Shown here: in pieces, positions 20,289-30,220 of the stretch | How positions within the stretch are numbered: position 1 is the stretch's first letter | How the letters are laid out: every line of letters begins with the position of its first letter | From: Candidatus Zixiibacteriota bacterium | GTDB lineage: Bacteria > Zixibacteria > MSB-5A5 > UBA10806 > 4484-95 | DNA length: 64,000 nucleotides | Reading direction: 5' to 3' | Assembly: GCA_021159005.1 (NCBI GenBank) | Contig: JAGGSN010000206.1 | Coordinates: 26,260 to 90,259 of the forward strand | Translations under genes and position numbers: made by a program | Notes under the pieces: generated by a model | The model's input: only the letters and a program-made list of their open reading frames with translations | Told to the model about the DNA's origin: nothing | Database searches by the model: none

Positions 20289-21013
20289 TGCAGGATGGTA
20301 TCGATATAATGCTTCGCCGTTATTTGGAACAACGGCTTGAACTTGGCGAAAAAGTTATCTATCGGCCTTTCGATATGGAAATGCCCGAACCTGAAATTGT
20401 CGAAAATAATGTACTCAATGAGGATACTATGCTCAGCATAGATGAATTTAAAAAAGCGGAAAGTCTCGATAAGTTGTTCGAAACAATCTGCGAATGCCAG
20501 AAATGCGAGCTGGGTAAAAGCCGTATAAATTTTGTCTTTGGCGAGGGCAATCCTCGGGCGGAGATAATGTTTGTAGGCGAGGCGCCCGGCGCGGATGAGG
20601 ACAGGCAGGGCCGGCCATTTGTTGGCCGCGCCGGAAAACTTCTGGATAAAATACTAAATGCTATGAAATTAAGCCGAGATGATATTTATATCGCCAATAT
20701 TCTCAAGTGTCGTCCTCCGCAAAATCGCGACCCGCTTGCAGAGGAAGCGCAAACCTGCGAACCATTCCTTCACCATCAAATAAAGCTGATTAAGCCGAAA
20801 ATAATCTGCTGCCTTGGACGCATCGCCGCTCAAAGACTTCTGCAAACAAAAATGACTCTGGGCAAGATGCGCAATCAGTGGTTTGATTATCAGGGAACGA
20901 TACTCATGGTAACATATCACCCTGCGGCTTTGCTTCGCTCAAATCAGTATAAGCGGCCGCTATGGGATGATATGCAAAAAATGTTAAAAAAATTAGAGGA
21001 GTTGAAGCAATAA
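20288..21013 (+). CDS. Uracil-DNA glycosylase family 4 (4Fe-4S)
   Basis: [35 protein letters not shown] and TYHPAALLR. Confidence 0.92.
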   Translation: MQDGIDIMLRRYLEQRLELGEKVIYRPFDMEMPEPEIVENNVLNEDTMLSIDEFKKAESLDKLFETICECQKCELGKSRINFVFGEGNPRAEIMFVGEAPGADEDRQGRPFVGRAGKLLDKILNAMKLSRDDIYIANILKCRPPQNRDPLAEEAQTCEPFLHHQIKLIKPKIICCLGRIAAQRLLQTKMTLGKMRNQWFDYQGTILMVTYHPAALLRSNQYKRPLWDDMQKMLKKLEELKQ

Positions 21014-22357
21014 ATGGCTGAGGCAATTGAAAAAATACCTCCTCAGGCAATAGAGGCCGAACAATCTGTATTAGGGGCAATGCTGTTATCCAAGGATGCG
21101 ATTGACAGCGCAATTGAGCTGCTAAACGAAAGGTATTTCTACCGTCCCGCACATAGGAAGATATTTAAGGTTATAGCCGATCTCTATGACAGAAATGAGC
21201 CGGCTGATTTGGTCACTGTGTCGGAGGAATTGGCTAACCGCGGTCAGCTTGAGGATATCGGAGGACGGGCTTATCTGGCGGGATTAACAGAGGCATCGCC
21301 AAGCATAGCTAATGTTGGATATCATTCCAAAATAGTGTTGGATAAAGCCACCTTGAACAGTTTAATTGGTGCCGCTAATACTATTTTATCCCGCGTATAT
21401 GATCAAACGCAGGATGTCGACGATTTATTAGATTCCGCCGAGCAGGAAATTTTCTCGATAAAAGAGGATAAAATGAAAAGCGGCGCGGTGCCTATCAGCG
21501 ATGTTTTGCATGAAACTTTTAAAACAATCGAAAGCTACAGCGAACGTAAAGGAAACTTAACCGGAGTACCCAGCGGATTTATCGATTTGGATAATTTGAC
21601 GTCAGGGTTTCAAAAATCGGATTTGATTATAATAGCTTGCCGGCCATCTGTTGGGAAAACAGCTTTCAGTCTTAATATAGCCGAGCATGTGGCTGTCGAA
21701 AATAAAATTCCGGTACTGTTGTTTTCACTGGAAATGTCAAAAGAGCAAATCGCTCAGCGTCTTCTTTGCAGTCGGGCAAGAATATCATCCCATCTCGTGA
21801 GAATAGGCAAGCTGGCTGATAATCAATGGACTAACTTATCAATTGCCGTGGGACCATTGTCTGAGGCGCCGATTTATATAGATGATACGCCTGTATTGAG
21901 CGTCCTTGAGATGAGAGCCAAAGCCAGACGGTTAAAATCCAGGGAAAACCTTGGCTTAGTTGTAGTGGATTACCTTCAGCTTGTTCAGGAACCCAGACAC
22001 TCTGAAAGCCGTCAGCAGGCAATTTCATATATATCAAGGTCATTAAAAGCAATGGCGCGCGAGTTGAAAGTGCCGATTATTGCGCTATCGCAGTTGTCCC
22101 GTCAGATTGAAATGCGCGGCAAGGATGCCAAGCCGCAGTTGTCGGACTTGAGAGAATCGGGCGCGCTGGAACAGGATGCGGATGTTGTCATATTCATCCA
22201 TCGCCCCCGGGATGATGAGGGACACTGGGGACCGGAAGCGGAGATAATGCTCAGCAAGCAGAGGAATGGTCCAACCGGGACGATTGACCTTACGTTTATA
22301 AAGGACTATGCGCGGTTTGAGTTGGTTGATAGGTTCCATGAATATTCGGAGCCGTAG
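21014..22357 (+). CDS. dnaB: Replicative DNA helicase
   Basis: PPQAIEAEQSVLG, CRPSVGKT, FSLEMS, VVDYLQL, LSQLSR and SDLRESGALEQDAD. Confidence 0.97.
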   Translation: MAEAIEKIPPQAIEAEQSVLGAMLLSKDAIDSAIELLNERYFYRPAHRKIFKVIADLYDRNEPADLVTVSEELANRGQLEDIGGRAYLAGLTEASPSIANVGYHSKIVLDKATLNSLIGAANTILSRVYDQTQDVDDLLDSAEQEIFSIKEDKMKSGAVPISDVLHETFKTIESYSERKGNLTGVPSGFIDLDNLTSGFQKSDLIIIACRPSVGKTAFSLNIAEHVAVENKIPVLLFSLEMSKEQIAQRLLCSRARISSHLVRIGKLADNQWTNLSIAVGPLSEAPIYIDDTPVLSVLEMRAKARRLKSRENLGLVVVDYLQLVQEPRHSESRQQAISYISRSLKAMARELKVPIIALSQLSRQIEMRGKDAKPQLSDLRESGALEQDADVVIFIHRPRDDEGHWGPEAEIMLSKQRNGPTGTIDLTFIKDYARFELVDRFHEYSEP

Positions 22358-22378
22358 TTAGCTATATCTTGCTTATAT

Positions 22379-22413
22379 GTGTTGTCGGAAGTTGCTTCCG
22401 ACAATCTCTGGCA
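22379..22413. repeat. Dispersed palindrome family I, copy 3
   Basis: gtgttgtcggaagttgcttccgacaatctctggca, 21 bp after the dnaB stop. Confidence 0.8.
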
Positions 22414-22463
22414 TAAGAAAAACTTATGCCAGCACAGGCAAGGGTTCCTGACAATTGAAAAAA

Positions 22464-22499
22464 TAGGCAGAAGTCGGTCGCCGCGGCGACCTGCCCTAC
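22464..22499 (-). repeat. GTAG-type REP-like palindrome
   Basis: Minus strand GTAGGGCAGGTCGCCGCGGCGACC...: a GTAG tetranucleotide followed by a perfect 16-bp palindrome. Confidence 0.55.
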
Positions 22500-22519
22500 T
22501 TAATGCAGAGCTGTTTGGG

Positions 22520-22578
22520 CAGGTCGTAGTGAAACGTGACCTGCCGGTTTTCTTGTCAAGCAAGGTGTGTCAGTTCAT
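22520..22578. repeat. Dispersed element family II, copy 2
   Basis: Homologous to 15629-15687; stem ggcaggtc / gacctgcc around gtagtgaaacgt. Confidence 0.7.
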
Positions 22579-22624
22579 GCTCCGCTGCGAATTGCTACAC
22601 AGCAATTTCTGTGGATATTTTAAA

Positions 22625-22653
22625 TTGACATATATGATTATTTATGCTAAAAT
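22625..22653 (+). promoter_or_regulatory. Sigma70-type promoter, probably leaderless transcript
   Basis: TTGACA-N17-TAAAAT with an extended -10 TG; the ATG at 22660 lies 7 nt after the -10 box. Confidence 0.6.
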
Positions 22654-22659
22654 AAAAGC

Positions 22660-23082
22660 ATGATTAGATTACTAATAATAAGTCTGTGCCTTATCGGATT
22701 GTTAATCGGATGCGGCTCTCAATCACCGCGGGAAGTTGCCATGGAATTTATCGGCTCTGTAATTGAGGATGATTCGCTGGCTATCGAGGAGCATTTCGAT
22801 GTTGACAGTATGGTCAAACGTAGAATGCAGGAAGTTCCGCCGATTGATTCAACCGAAACGCCGGAATATTTTCGCAATCGGATTATCCAAAACCTCACCG
22901 GTGATGGCGGTACTCGCGCTTTCTGGAAAAGAGTAACCGCAGTTATCAATCAGGAGCTTATTGTGGGCGATACTGCGGAGGTCGAGCTGACTCTTCTTGA
23001 TAAGGAATACGGTAAAACGCATTATTCAAAATTATACCTTTATAAGTCAGATAAAGGTTGGCGGGTTTTCTATTTTCTATGA
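22660..23082 (+). CDS. Hypothetical lipoprotein (possible NTF2-like / DUF4878-like fold)
   Basis: Lipobox LIGC; SPREVAMEFI and GDTAEVELTLL...KSDKGWRV pattern. Confidence 0.6.
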   Translation: MIRLLIISLCLIGLLIGCGSQSPREVAMEFIGSVIEDDSLAIEEHFDVDSMVKRRMQEVPPIDSTETPEYFRNRIIQNLTGDGGTRAFWKRVTAVINQELIVGDTAEVELTLLDKEYGKTHYSKLYLYKSDKGWRVFYFL

Positions 23083-23408
23083 AAATCGTTACAGCATTAG
23101 CCGGCGCATTTTTAGCGGCGGTTCTCCTTCTTTTCATAGTAGATATATACACTCCGGATCAAACCATTATAGACCTGCCATTGTTGATAATATTTTTTAT
23201 TGTCTGGAGTGTCGGTTTTGGCTATGCCACCATTGAAGCTAATCTCAAGAAAAAAATAGTCGCGGTTTTAATAATCGAGGGGATAGCTTTAACCGGAATG
23301 GCAGGATATTATATTATCGCCAGGGATTTCAATCAGTATATTTTTCATTTTACCGTTGGCGTTTTGGTTATAATATTGATGTTTTTTCTGAAAGATAAAA
23401 AGAGCTGA
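23079..23408 (+). CDS. Hypothetical membrane protein (~4 TM)
   Basis: ATG at 23079 overlaps the upstream TGA (ATGA); four hydrophobic segments. Confidence 0.65.
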   Translation: MKIVTALAGAFLAAVLLLFIVDIYTPDQTIIDLPLLIIFFIVWSVGFGYATIEANLKKKIVAVLIIEGIALTGMAGYYIIARDFNQYIFHFTVGVLVIILMFFLKDKKS

Positions 23409-23425
23409 TATTAAGGGCGATTCAT

Positions 23426-23455
23426 ATTGGCGCACGAGGACGTACGCCAACCACA
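23426..23455. repeat. Dispersed hairpin family III (AGGA loop), copy 1
   Basis: attggcgcacgaggacgtacgccaaccaca; nearly identical to both units at 33201-33262. Confidence 0.8.
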
Positions 23456-23490
23456 GAGTATTGACGCGTGTGGAGTGTTCCAACCACAAA

Positions 23491-24489
23491 TCAATCTCCA
23501 ATCCCCAGATACGGCACCGCATTCAAATCAAGCGGCGAGGATTTGCCCTGCTCAAGATAGTATCCCCCGACTGCGGCTATCATGGCGGCATTGTCGGTAC
23601 ATAAACCAGCGCCAGGAAAAAAGACCTGCACGCCATCCGTCATATCTCGAACCATCTCCTGCAGACGTTTGTTCATAGCCACGCCGCCGCAAACCGATAT
23701 TTTGTCAACCTGCAGATTACGGCAGGCAGCAACTGCCTTAGCCGCCAACACCTCGCAAACCGCTTCCTGAAACGAGGCGCAGATATCGGCGAGATGCTTG
23801 CTTATAAATTCATCGCTTTTATCTTTTAAATAAACAGCCACAGCAGTTTTCAAACCCGAAAACGAGAATTCATAAGAATCTTTGCCCATATACGCTCGCG
23901 GAAATTTAAAGAAGTTTCGATCGCCGCCGCTTGACTCTTTCTCAATCGCTGGACCGCCGGGATAGCCAAGTTTTAAAAGTTTCGCTATTTTATCGAAAGC
24001 TTCACCGGGAGCGTCATCGCGGGTTTTCCCCAAAAGCTTATAATCGCCCCAATCCCTAACCAGTACTAAATTGGCATGACCGCCAGATACTATCAAGGCA
24101 ATAAACGGCGGCTGGCATTCTGAGTATTGCAGACGGTTTGAAAATATATGACCCTCTAAATGATTTACCCCATAGAACGGCTTGCCCAATACTTGCGCCA
24201 TCGATTTCACAAATGTCAATCCCACCAATAAGCCGCCGACCAAACCGGGACCGTAAGTTACCGCATAACCGTCAATATCGCTAAGGCTGCAACCGCTTTT
24301 GTCCAAAGCCTCATCTACGATGCCAACAAGTTTTTTTATATGCTCACGGGATGCCAGTTCGGGCACTACACCGCCAAACTTTTTATGAATTAATTGTGAA
24401 TAAATAACATTTGATAGAAGCGTTCGGGGCGTTTGTAAAACTGAGGCGGCAGTCTCATCGCAGGATGTTTCAATGCCAAGTATAAGCAT
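23491..24489 (-). CDS. tsaD: tRNA N6-adenosine threonylcarbamoyltransferase
   Basis: LGIETSCDETA, GGVVPELASREH, VNHLEGH, SGGH, DDAPGEAFDK, FSFSGLKT and CTDNAAMIA. Confidence 0.97.
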   Translation of the reverse strand: MLILGIETSCDETAASVLQTPRTLLSNVIYSQLIHKKFGGVVPELASREHIKKLVGIVDEALDKSGCSLSDIDGYAVTYGPGLVGGLLVGLTFVKSMAQVLGKPFYGVNHLEGHIFSNRLQYSECQPPFIALIVSGGHANLVLVRDWGDYKLLGKTRDDAPGEAFDKIAKLLKLGYPGGPAIEKESSGGDRNFFKFPRAYMGKDSYEFSFSGLKTAVAVYLKDKSDEFISKHLADICASFQEAVCEVLAAKAVAACRNLQVDKISVCGGVAMNKRLQEMVRDMTDGVQVFFPGAGLCTDNAAMIAAVGGYYLEQGKSSPLDLNAVPYLGIGD

Positions 24490-24493
24490 TGTA

Positions 24494-24886
24494 TTACTCT
24501 TGTCGAATCAGCTCAAAATCGCAAACATGCACGCCAATAAAATTTATACCCACACCGGTCATTTCGGCGGAATTAGTCATCTGTTCACGGGATAATTTTT
24601 CCGAATAAGCTCCGGGCTTGGTATACTCACAAAGGTCAATGATAAGTCGAATATCATCAAAATACAGCAGCTTGAATAATTTCTTGCCGCTGGCGGTGAT
24701 CTGCACTATTGCCGATTTCTGACTGGTATCGGTCAGTACAAGGCTATCGGGAATATTAATATAATCTATATCAACAGTAATATTTTTATTGAACTGCTGT
24801 TCGGTTGTAAGATGAAACCATAGCGCTAATGCCAACAGTAAACCGCCAAGTTTCCAGCCGGGATTTTTTAAAAAATTTATTTTCAC
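24494..24886 (-). CDS. YbbR/CdaR-like domain protein
   Basis: WKLGGLLLALALWF N-terminal anchor followed by IDYINIPDSL...VQITASG...IDL, resembling a YbbR domain. Confidence 0.6.
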   Translation of the reverse strand: MKINFLKNPGWKLGGLLLALALWFHLTTEQQFNKNITVDIDYINIPDSLVLTDTSQKSAIVQITASGKKLFKLLYFDDIRLIIDLCEYTKPGAYSEKLSREQMTNSAEMTGVGINFIGVHVCDFELIRQE

Positions 24887-24900
24887 TGTATATACTTGGA

Positions 24901-25089
24901 CTACTTATTTGAATATTTCAGAATTCGGCCAAATGATACTTCGCCGTTATCAATTCTAATCGAGAATCCGCACTCATGATTTGTGCAAACCCAAGCTTTA
25001 TACCGAATCTCTGAACCATCACGGCCATAGTCTGATAAGGGAATAAGCACGCCTTTCCCACACTTTAAACAATCTGGATATCTATCCAA
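24901..25089 (-). CDS. Small zinc-ribbon protein
   Basis: CLKCGKG...WVCTNHECGF; TTG start with GGGAGG RBS; packed against the downstream gene. Confidence 0.7.
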   Translation of the reverse strand: MDRYPDCLKCGKGVLIPLSDYGRDGSEIRYKAWVCTNHECGFSIRIDNGEVSFGRILKYSNK

Positions 25090-25200
25090 TTTTGCCTCCC
25101 GACAAAAGGTTAATAATTATAGATAGTATAGGGTATGGATTGTGTCAAGGTTTTTTGATAAGTATTAACAGGAATTATAATAAAAAAACAAGCCCAATTT

Positions 25201-26679
25201 TCAATCGCCGCGGCCCGGCGAATCCCATAAAAATCGAACCATGCCCCTGCTTGTGCCCAGCCAAAGATAGTTGCCATCAATTATAAGAGAATTGATGTAA
25301 TCGGTCGGAAGGCCATCGGCAGTAGTGTAAAGGCGGGTTTCTTCATCGGCTTTTCTGTATCGCCAGAGACCGATAGAGGTCGCTGCCCAAATATACTTAT
25401 CATTGCTGCATACTTCATTTATTTGCCATCTGTCAGCGTAGGAATGGTCGGTCGCCACACTGCTGGTGTCCGCCCTGACATCAATTATAACAACCCCGAA
25501 TCTGGCGCCAAAATACAGATATCTGCCATCAGAGAAAATATCATTCACACCGTAGGCCAAATCATGCGTCGGCGTATCAATTTTTCTGAATTTCAAATGG
25601 GTAGAATCATAACAAAAAGCGCCATCATGAGTGGCAATATACAGGCATCCATTGAACTTTAGAAGGTCGTTTACCTGAAAACCCCGCAAATGGTATTCAT
25701 CCGATAAAGGGGTTTTAAACGATGAATCAGGCATATCTCCATCTGTGGGAACAATGCCCAGGCCGTTTTTTGTGCCAGCATAAATAAACCCGCCATACTC
25801 CGCCAACGACAGGATATATCTTGAGGGCAGACTTGAAAATGTCTGCAATGAATTATTGCCATTGATGCGAACTAAGCCTTCTGGAGTTCCCAGCCAGACA
25901 TGATTGCCTGTTTGTATGCCTGAGGTTAGCTCGGAGCTGTTTAAACCCCAGACGAACTCAGGCTCAAAATATTCCCACTCCTGAGTATCTAAGCTGTATT
26001 TGGTTATTGCTTTCTCGCTCAGCATATAATCGCTGCCCATCCAGATATCATTGCCGATTCTTATTAGCCTTGATATATTGTAGTTGAACGGCCCGAACGG
26101 CATTAATTCGATTTTCTGATAGCGTGTATTCAGAATCGCCGGTCCCAAGCCCCAGGTGCCGATATACATTAAGTCGTCAATGTCCTCAAACCCGACCATA
26201 ATTGAAAACCTACGCATATAAGGGTCAGTGATATAGCCATTCATGTAGTCATATCCAAACGGTGTGAACAGGCTGGTAAAACGCGATGGAGTCCAGCTAT
26301 TTCTTACCAGACTGTCCGGGAAATCAGACGCTGGATACCATTCCGCGAAAGTGATATTGTATTTAGCGGCTCCTTTGTCGGTTAATGCCCAAAGCTCGTC
26401 GTAATTGGGTTCATAAGCCAGCCTATGTATCTTATTCGAGGGCAAACCGCCGGTAGTGGTTAAGGGATACAGCCATTTATCCATAAATCTATCATACCGG
26501 ATTATCCCGCCGGTAGTGCCGAAATAGACAACTCGCTGGTCGGCGGCGATTGAGGTGATATATTTAAAATTTGTATAGCCGACCCAATCGCCCTGCTCGT
26601 AATCGATAGCAGATGAAATAGTCGAATTGAGCAAAAGTATGATAGTGATAAAAGATGTCTGAGCAAGTTTTTTTATCAT
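25201..26679 (-). CDS. Secreted beta-propeller protein (two-component-regulator-propeller-like repeats)
   Basis: Signal peptide; repeated GLPSNKI / WLGTPEGL / GLPTDYIN...WLGTSRG blades. Confidence 0.7.
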   Translation of the reverse strand: MIKKLAQTSFITIILLLNSTISSAIDYEQGDWVGYTNFKYITSIAADQRVVYFGTTGGIIRYDRFMDKWLYPLTTTGGLPSNKIHRLAYEPNYDELWALTDKGAAKYNITFAEWYPASDFPDSLVRNSWTPSRFTSLFTPFGYDYMNGYITDPYMRRFSIMVGFEDIDDLMYIGTWGLGPAILNTRYQKIELMPFGPFNYNISRLIRIGNDIWMGSDYMLSEKAITKYSLDTQEWEYFEPEFVWGLNSSELTSGIQTGNHVWLGTPEGLVRINGNNSLQTFSSLPSRYILSLAEYGGFIYAGTKNGLGIVPTDGDMPDSSFKTPLSDEYHLRGFQVNDLLKFNGCLYIATHDGAFCYDSTHLKFRKIDTPTHDLAYGVNDIFSDGRYLYFGARFGVVIIDVRADTSSVATDHSYADRWQINEVCSNDKYIWAATSIGLWRYRKADEETRLYTTADGLPTDYINSLIIDGNYLWLGTSRGMVRFLWDSPGRGD

Positions 26680-26921
26680 GCTTTAAGAATATGTAATTTG
26701 ATTAAGAGATACAACTGTTTTAATGAAATTTTATGTGTGTAAAATATTAAGCGAACAGATTATTATGCAAATTTCTGAGCGATAGCGGCGGCGCTAAATA
26801 ACACTTTCGATGTTTGCAGTAGTCCTAATTATCATAAAATCTATTTTGTTATTAGAAATCGGTTTATGACCTCATGGACAATAATATGGTAGAAACAATA
26901 TCAGGAACCAAGCAAGAATAA

Positions 26922-26966
26922 AGAGTGTTTTTGTGCTGTCGGAAGTTACTTCCGACAGTTCTGGCA
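26922..26966. repeat. Dispersed palindrome family I, copy 4
   Basis: Reverse complement is 44/45 identical to 37612-37656; contains the stop codon of the TPR gene. Confidence 0.85.
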
Positions 26967-28085
26967 ATCGCTGCTATTGGGAATCCTCCTGCTATTTAGT
27001 ATCTTCTCCCGATAGTCTTGCGCCTTCTTCAGCTTCTTAGAGACGCGCTTGGCAACTTCTTTGGATACCTCATAATCCAGAATCTCATTGAAATATTCTA
27101 AAGCCTTGCCATTTTCTCGTTGCCAGTAATGAGCCACCCCCAGACAATAGCCGGCAAGAATGAGATTATAGTAATTCTGGCCGCCTTTACGGATAAGCCC
27201 CTCGCGTATAAGGGTAAATTTTTCGATTGTTCGCCGCGCATCGCCTCTTTTAAAATTGGCGATTGCGTTAGGCCATAAAACAGTGCGGCCATCGATACCT
27301 TGTTTGATTAAGCTGTCGGTTAAGGCGGCCGCTTGGCGGTATTCTTTGCGATCAATATAAATCCAACTTAATCCTAAGGCGGCGGCAGTCGAGGACAACC
27401 GCGATTTCTCTATCGCCAGCTTAAGTTCCTCAATCCCCTGCTCTCGTCTATCGGATATGAAAGGCAGGTTCCTGATTATACCAAGTTTTGCCGAACGCCA
27501 GTAATGAAGATTCCCCAAGCCAAGACAAGCATCATAGAAAAGAGAATCCTGCTTATAGGCATCATCAAAAAATTTGCCAGCTTTCAGTCCTTTAGTTATA
27601 GCCTGATACCAACTGCCGTGATTCCCCTCCCAGACAGCTAAGTAGCCCAAGGCGGTGCCTTTAAAAAACAAACCCCATTTATCATCAGGATTTCGCTTTA
27701 GAAATTTATCCAACCCGGCTAATGAAGTGTCAATCAGGGCTATGAAATTATCTTTTTTTTTGTAGTCTTCATCATCGGTCATTTCGGTAAAAACAATTCC
27801 CGCTTTAATTACATAAGCCGGCCAATAACCGCTATGCATGATTATCAGGCTGTCGATACAGGTTAAGGCAGTTTCAAAACTATCTCTATAGACTGAGGTC
27901 AATGCTTTATCGAGCATTGCCGCTTGAAGACTATCCGGTTGAAGAGAATGTATCGATGTCGCTGAGCGACCTGCCCGACAACTACCGCATAGAAAACACA
28001 GGAGTATCAGCGTAGGTAATACATATGTTTTAATAGCATTCACAAACAATAAATATACTATCCTATGCTTCAAAGATTTTATCAT
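26946..28085 (-). CDS. TPR-like exported protein
   Basis: N-terminal hydrophobic segment with Cys; helical repeats such as PDDKWGLFFKG, DSLFYDACLGLG and LGVAHYW...KALEYF. Confidence 0.7.
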   Translation of the reverse strand: MIKSLKHRIVYLLFVNAIKTYVLPTLILLCFLCGSCRAGRSATSIHSLQPDSLQAAMLDKALTSVYRDSFETALTCIDSLIIMHSGYWPAYVIKAGIVFTEMTDDEDYKKKDNFIALIDTSLAGLDKFLKRNPDDKWGLFFKGTALGYLAVWEGNHGSWYQAITKGLKAGKFFDDAYKQDSLFYDACLGLGNLHYWRSAKLGIIRNLPFISDRREQGIEELKLAIEKSRLSSTAAALGLSWIYIDRKEYRQAAALTDSLIKQGIDGRTVLWPNAIANFKRGDARRTIEKFTLIREGLIRKGGQNYYNLILAGYCLGVAHYWQRENGKALEYFNEILDYEVSKEVAKRVSKKLKKAQDYREKILNSRRIPNSSDCQNCRK

Positions 28086-28415
28086 TATTACTTAAAGCTC
28101 TCGTGTTTTTCGAATCAAGAATTATTGTCGAAAAAATACATTCATGCATCTCTGAATATTCCCATCAGGTGATTGCATCAGTTCTCTATTATATAATGAC
28201 TCAATCGACTGGATACAGTTAAGCCTTGAAGGGAAAGTGCATTGGTTTGCATATGAATTCGATAATATCCATGTCATAAGCTTAGATAATAATAAAAATT
28301 GTTCAATTTAAAAGCAATATTTTTTTTTACTGTTTCAAAGTTAAATATCATCAGACTTTTGACGAAATATTACAAGAAAGCAGTATCTAATCTGTAAACA
28401 AACTTCGGAGGCACC

Positions 28416-29729
28416 ATGATAAACATCATCGTAGTGGATGATGATAAAGCGCTGCGTAAGAATCTCGCTTTTTATCTTAAAAGTCAAAGTTATGAAGTCG
28501 ATACTGCCGAATCCGGTGAAGAAGCTATAGAGCTTTCTAAGAATAAGTTTTATGACATTTTAATATCTGATATAAAAATGAATAAGATGTCAGGTTTTGA
28601 GTTGATGAAGAAGGTTAAAAATATTCATCCGGCTGCTGAAATTATATTAATTACAGGTTATGGCAATATTCCCATGGCTGTAGATGCTATTCAGGGGGGA
28701 GCGGCGGATTTTATATGCAAGCCGTTTGAATTCGGAAACCTGCTAACTCGAATTGAAAGTATTATCAAGCGAAGGGAACACAAGGTAACATCTACGGATA
28801 AATATGATAAGCTTATAACCAAGTCGCAGAAGATGCAGGATGTGCTGAATTTAGCTGCCAAAGCGTCTGGAACCGAGGTGGCGGTTCTAATTGAAGGCGA
28901 GTCCGGAACCGGCAAGGAATTAATAGCCAGAGCTATTCATGGACGGTCAAATCGCAAGGATTTCCCTTTTAAGATAGTTGAATGTTCTACCATGAATGAG
29001 AAAGACCTTCAAGCGGAGCTTTTCGGCAACTGGGAAGATAATGATTACGCTGGTATGATTGTTCAGGCAAACAACGGCACTCTGTTTATTAAGGACATAG
29101 AACTATTATCTGCTAATCTTCAAGCATCATTCTTAAGATATATTCAGGATGGATTTTATACAATCCCCAGCAAGAACCAAAAAATTAAATCTGATGTTAG
29201 AATAATCTGTTCCTGCACAAAAAGTTTGAGAAAAATAGCTTCTGCCCATCAATTCCGTGAAGATTTATTTTATGCTATAAATATTATGTCAATCTATACT
29301 CCGCCGCTGCGAAATCGCATAGCTGATATTTTCCCTCTTGTAAATCATTTTCTTGAGAAATACAGCGCTAAATTCAATAAAAATGTCAAAGCGATAGCGC
29401 CGGATATTCTGGCGTGGATGCAGACATATCAATGGCCGGGTAATGTTGCGGAACTGGAAAACAGTATTGCGCGCGCTTGCGCTTTATCAAATTCTGAGAT
29501 AATCGATGAATCGTTAATCTTTACATTGCCGCGAGACCGACCAGTATCTGAGGAAGAACAAGGATTTCTAAATATTACCCTTAAAGACAACCAAAAAGCC
29601 TTGATATTGAAAGCCCTAAAACAGAATACCGGCAACTATACACGTACCGCTCAACAACTTGGAATCTCTCGAACTACGCTCTGGCGACGCATGAAAAAAT
29701 TTAAAATCGAAGAGAAATTAATTACATAG
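28416..29729 (+). CDS. NtrC/Fis-family response regulator with degenerate AAA+ domain
   Basis: Receiver (VVDDD, ISDIKM), Walker A GESGTGKE and Fis HTH present; GAFTGA loop, Walker B, R-finger and sensor II altered. Confidence 0.85.
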   Translation: MINIIVVDDDKALRKNLAFYLKSQSYEVDTAESGEEAIELSKNKFYDILISDIKMNKMSGFELMKKVKNIHPAAEIILITGYGNIPMAVDAIQGGAADFICKPFEFGNLLTRIESIIKRREHKVTSTDKYDKLITKSQKMQDVLNLAAKASGTEVAVLIEGESGTGKELIARAIHGRSNRKDFPFKIVECSTMNEKDLQAELFGNWEDNDYAGMIVQANNGTLFIKDIELLSANLQASFLRYIQDGFYTIPSKNQKIKSDVRIICSCTKSLRKIASAHQFREDLFYAINIMSIYTPPLRNRIADIFPLVNHFLEKYSAKFNKNVKAIAPDILAWMQTYQWPGNVAELENSIARACALSNSEIIDESLIFTLPRDRPVSEEEQGFLNITLKDNQKALILKALKQNTGNYTRTAQQLGISRTTLWRRMKKFKIEEKLIT

Positions 29730-29745
29730 TATTGTGATGATATTT

Positions 29746-29776
29746 CGTGCTGTCGGAAGTTGCCTCCGACAGCACG
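29746..29776. repeat. Dispersed palindrome family I, copy 5
   Basis: cgtgctgtcggaagttgcctccgacagcacg, a 14-bp stem with one mismatch, 16 bp after the regulator stop. Confidence 0.85.
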
Positions 29777-29849
29777 GTATGTTGATAAAACCCGCCCCAA
29801 CTGGAAAGTCGGGGCTATTAAATTTTTACTAAAGCACTAGCCACTTAAT

Positions 29850-29877
29850 AGTCGAGGCTTTCCAGCCTCGACTTTTT
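29850..29877 (+). terminator. Rho-independent terminator
   Basis: agtcgaggct-ttcc-agcctcgact followed by tttt. Confidence 0.7.
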
Positions 29878-30220
29878 ACATGGCATTAAAAATTCTATCA
29901 ATACAACCTTTTGTTTACAATCTGATCGCTAAAAGCGAACAAACCCGACTCCTGCTTTTTATATTTGCAGGTAATTTATATTAATTCAAGTTTTTCGGTA
30001 CATCTGGAAAATCTTGTATAAATCCAAGATGTATTGGATATAACCTATAATATCCAACGCCTTTCAATGTACATTTTTCATCAATTGTTTCATTCGCTGC
30101 AACATGTAACCCTATGTTATAACCCATAATAACTAACCTGCAGGGATATCGCCAAGTGGATTTTATTTAAGGGTATGTCTTTTGAATCATTCCTTTATGA
30201 ATGCAAGCAAAGGAGTGGCG

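Noticed and set aside
29981-30127. 48-aa minus-strand ORF MGYNIGLHVAANE...
   Set aside because: No recognisable motif or clear RBS; cannot be supported.
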